From Vicugna vicugna (taxonomy: Eukaryota), in the NCBI GenBank assembly GCA_013265495.1, contig MU058252.1, positions 964,244-1,028,243 on the forward strand: a stretch of 64,000 bases of DNA. The letters are read 5' to 3'. Position numbers and translations under genes: made by a program. The notes beneath the pieces were generated by a model, which did no database searches, was not told the origin of the DNA, and was given only the letters and a program-made list of their open reading frames with translations. This document shows positions 60,048 through 64,000 of the stretch, in pieces (positions within the stretch are counted from its first letter, which is position 1; each line of letters starts with the position of its first letter).

Positions 60048-61871
60048 TCCTGTCTTATACTATACTGTTGGGAATCACGTTAGCAAAGACTAGATCAGCT
60101 AACCATGGACAGCCAAACACAGGCCTTAGCAAATTACACTCACCCTTAAAAACAGCTTATTTAGGTCTGAAAAGTATTTCTACATAGAGAGACCACAGCA
60201 ACATTTATTAAGTAATTTTAGAGAAACCTATACACATCAGGCTTCTCTTAGGGCTCTAGACCCGTGTGACATGGTTTTCCGCTCCTTCAGTATCACTGTC
60301 CTGTTCCTCTGAAGGGACGCACTCTACCTGTGGTTTTCTCCGAATGATACACCCAGGACTAAGCATGATGCTAGAGATGCGACCTGAGTAGCTCGAGCTC
60401 ACCCTGGACCACTGTCTCTCTCATTCTTGGCATTATCCTCTCTCTCTCATCTACTTGCACTTTGATAACTCAGTGATCTTACGAGACAAAGCCTTTCTAT
60501 GCTACCTGTTTCTGACGCCACATTTTCCCACATGACAGAGGCCACATGCAGCCCGTGGCACTCACTCCCTTTCCCATCCTCTCATGTCTCTTCTTGGCCC
60601 TGTCGTTTCCCACTCTCATTCCTTCAAGCACAATGTCAGCTTCCACCCAGCCGGTATGCCTTCTGTATCTTCCTTGTGTCTTGGATAAAAACATTAACCC
60701 AGACAAGGACCTCTTCTTCCAAAGTGACATCAATCCACGAATATCCCCAGGGTCTGTCCAGGATCCCTGTAGGGCTGCCTGTCCAGCACCTCGGGGATGG
60801 GCACCTGAGCCAAACTGGGCCAGTGAATCCTGTCCTGTGAATTTGGGGGAAGGAGAAGTCTTACCAGTCTCTTCGTGGGTGCTGGACTCTAAGGCTTGCT
60901 AATGTCGGCCAGCTCTCCTACTCCGTGGGGTAAAGAAGCTGAAACAAGCCAGGCTGCAGAGATAGAATGAGCCTCATATAATAATTACTACCTGCAAGGC
61001 ACTGTCCTGAGCATTTTACATATATTAATTCATTGACTCCTCACAACCTATGAGGTAGGTTGATGTAGTTATATTTTTAATATTATTCCCAGATATAAAG
61101 ACAAAAGCAGAAATGGCGAGTGTCCAGGAGGCTTTCAAGCCTCTAGTTAGAATCACTCTTGGAGGCTCCAGCTGTATGCCTGTCACTAGGTCCTATAGGG
61201 ACATTTGGATCCCCTTATTGATGCTTAAGTCAGTTCCACAGGGTTTGTCATTTACAACCAAAGTATTTCAAAATACAGCTAAATAACAGAGCAATCCAAA
61301 TAATACTCAACAGCTAAAAACTAATCTCACTGGAATTCAGGGTCTATTTTTCTCTCAAGTGCACAAAAAAATAAGACATTTTTGTCAAGTCCTTGGAAGA
61401 GATCTAATTACGCCATATCCCCTACATTTCTTTGTTGCAACAGACTACACAAATGTAAGAATAGCACATGGATTTTCTTTGACGATAGTACAGTCAAGTT
61501 AATTTGAACCTTTCGATATGTCTAAGTTTATGAACTCATTTTATAATAGAGACAAAAATATAGGTATAATTTGTGTTTATACTATGTTCCAAATAGAACT
61601 GGTACCAAAATGGGCTCTCAGGAGAGAGCAATTACTACTGCTCTTTACTGGCATTGAGAAGGGAATGATTCAGAAAATATTAGAACAACGTAAGAAGTTT
61701 GAAGACATTTTTGTGTCTCAGTTTTTGTTTTTTATGTGTAACTGTCAGCTTGTTATAATCATCAAAGAAATGGAGAGGAAGAAATGTGAATAAGGAAAGG
61801 TATCTGAATGAGCCCCCAGAACATTTAAGGCTTTTAGACGAATCATTTTCTTCCCTTACTTCTACCTGCAG

Positions 61872-62038
61872 GTGTCATCGAAAACAGTACCCAGTCACCC
61901 TCCCCACTGCCAGCATCATCATTTGCTTCCACAATGAAGAATTTAATGCCTTGATGCGGACAGTGTCCAGTGTTATGAGCCTCACTCCACATCATATCCT
62001 TGAAGAAATTATCCTGGTAGATGACATGAGTGAATATG
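61872..62038 (+). CDS. GALNTL5: GALNTL5 coding exon 3 (167 nt), start of the GT-A fold
   Basis: [55 protein letters not shown]; ctgcag| and |gtaagt. Confidence 0.97.
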
Positions 62039-62319
62039 GTAAGTTCCCCAAACACCAGTATCCAGTTAATCTACTTCCAAGGCAGTGCTATCTCTGACGG
62101 CACTTGAGTTATTTTATACAAAGAAGATTTTTGGTGGGTGTTGAGGCAGGCACTGTACCAGGTGCTAGGTGCACTGGTGGAGGTGTGAGAGCTGGTCCCT
62201 GTCCTCATGGGGTGTGGCTAGTGCTTTGATGAGATAAATGTAGGGGCAAGCTGGTCTTTAGAGATCATAGATGATATTCAAGAACTGACATCTTTAAATT
62301 GAAGTCTGGTAGTAACAAT

Positions 62320-62603
62320 CATGGTTATGGGGGAAAAGGGGGTGGGAAGGGATAAAGTTGGGAGTTTGAGATTTGCAAATGTTAGCCACTATGTATAAAA
62401 ACAGATTTTAAAAAATTTCTGCTGTATAGCACAGGGAACTATGTTCAATATCTTGTAATAACCTTTAATGAAGAAAATATTAAAACGAATATATGTATGT
62501 ATAAGCACGCCTGCGACATTGTGCTGTACACCAGAAACTGACACATTGTAACTGATGGTACTTCAATAAAAAATAATAAATTTTAAAAATGTAAATAAAT
62601 AAA
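62320..62603 (+). mobile_element. Lineage-specific L1 3' end
   Basis: gggtgggaagggataaa...tgtgctgtacaccagaaactgacacattgtaactga plus A-tail. Confidence 0.9.
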
Positions 62604-62616
62604 GTTTATATGAGGA

Positions 62617-62657
62617 TACATACATACATGCATACATACATACATACATACATACAT
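62617..62657. repeat. (TACA)n microsatellite
   Basis: Directly visible. Confidence 0.95.
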
Positions 62658-63359
62658 AAATTGAAGTCTGCAGGGTGTGTTGGGTTCCTAAAGATGGAGA
62701 GGCAGGAAATAGTATTATAAAGAAGCCAAGGAAATGGCATTATAAAGACCCAGAGGCAAGAGGAAACATGGTGTGTTTGGAAGAGTTCTTTATGTAGATT
62801 GTGTATGAGAACAGCATTTAGGAAGGAGAGGGTGCACATGAAACCAGACACGGCAACCGCTCATGCAGGCATTGTTTGAATTTTACTCGGAGAAAATGGG
62901 GAATAATTTTAAGCCTTAATGCAGAGGAATGACACAATCCAGATGCTTTACATGAAAGAATTCTCATCAGACCGGCTACACTTAACGGCTTATTCACCCA
63001 TGTTCACTGGCTCTAAAGAACTGTGACACTGGTACAAAATCTGATTAACTATATTTAGCACTTGAAATTAGTTGTCTATTTTACAACTTAATTACAAACC
63101 TGAAGGACCCAGATTAGGGATAAGATCTTTGGAGCCTGCAGGTCCCTGAGGAGTCCATTTCTCACAGAAGCAACGTATCCGTATTGGATAGGTATCTAAC
63201 TGTGTACCTAGTCCACTGTGGGTCTGCCCACCATTGGCTGGGACAGAAAAAGAGGAGGAGAAACAGTAGGAAGAAGAATGGGCAGGGGAAAACAAGAAGA
63301 CGTCCCGGGAGGTTCACCCTCGGGGAATTGACTGGAGGTGCATCAGCTCAAAAGTGGCG

Positions 63360-63820
63360 TCTACAGCCATAAAAAAGAATAAAATAATGCCGCAACGTGG
63401 ATGGACCTGGAGAATGTCATTCTAAGTGAAGTAAGACAGAAAGAGGAAGAAAAATACCATATGAGATCACTCTTATGTGGAATCTGAAGAAAAAAAAAAA
63501 AGACACGAACTTTTTTACAATACAGAAGCAGACTCACAGACATAGAAAACAAACTTATGGTTTACCAGGGGGGAAGAGGGGTGGGAAGGGATAAATTGGG
63601 AGTTCAAAACTTGCAGATACTGACTACTATATATAAAATAGATACACAACAAGTTTCTTCTATATAGCACAAGGAACCATATTCAATATCTTGTAGTGAC
63701 CTATAATGAAAAAGAACATGAGAAGGAATGTATGTATGTGCATGTATGACTGAAACATTGTGCTGTACACCAGAAATTGGCCCAACATTGTAACCCGACT
63801 ATACTACCACCAAAAAAACA
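63360..63820 (+). mobile_element. Lineage-specific L1 3' end
   Basis: tggatggacctggagaatgtcattctaagtgaagtaag... Confidence 0.92.
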
Positions 63821-64000
63821 GTATAATGTAACTCACTGTAATGCCAGCTCCATTTAGGAATTTTACTCACTGGCCAGGCACTATTGTATATGTCATTTCC
63901 ATGGGAGCCCCCCCAATCAGAGGGATACAGTCCTGTTTATTTCTAGTCTTGTGCGCTACAGGGGATATGGAGGAATGGTCAGTTTCCTTGTCTGATCAGT

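Overview
Mammalian genomic DNA, very probably camelid: 11 copies of a tRNA-derived SINE with head GGGGAGGGTATAGCTCAGTGGTAGAG resemble Vic-1. The only intact gene I recognise is GALNTL5 on the + strand. Its first three coding exons are 51448-51715, 57644-57764 and 61872-62038, with a candidate CRE-containing promoter and non-coding first exon near 43300-43540. A NAP1L1 processed pseudogene lies at ~37785-39210 (-). The rest is largely L1, L2, MIR, MLT1, MER21-like and ERV1 solo-LTR sequence. The main discovery is in the non-repeat DNA from ~43.1 kb down to the window start. On the - strand it reads as a chain of ~25-29 decayed exons with canonical splice sites, mostly phase 1. The chain starts with a signal-peptide-like exon, includes 1-2 kb Ser/Thr/Pro-rich exons, and has possible Ig-, ZP-N- and EGF-like remnants. 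I interpret it as an unrecognised ancient unitary pseudogene of a large secreted or mucin-like protein, head-to-head with GALNTL5. There are also two local footprints of AT->GC substitution bias. Exons were picked by hand, repeat family names are from memory, and repeat ends are approximate.
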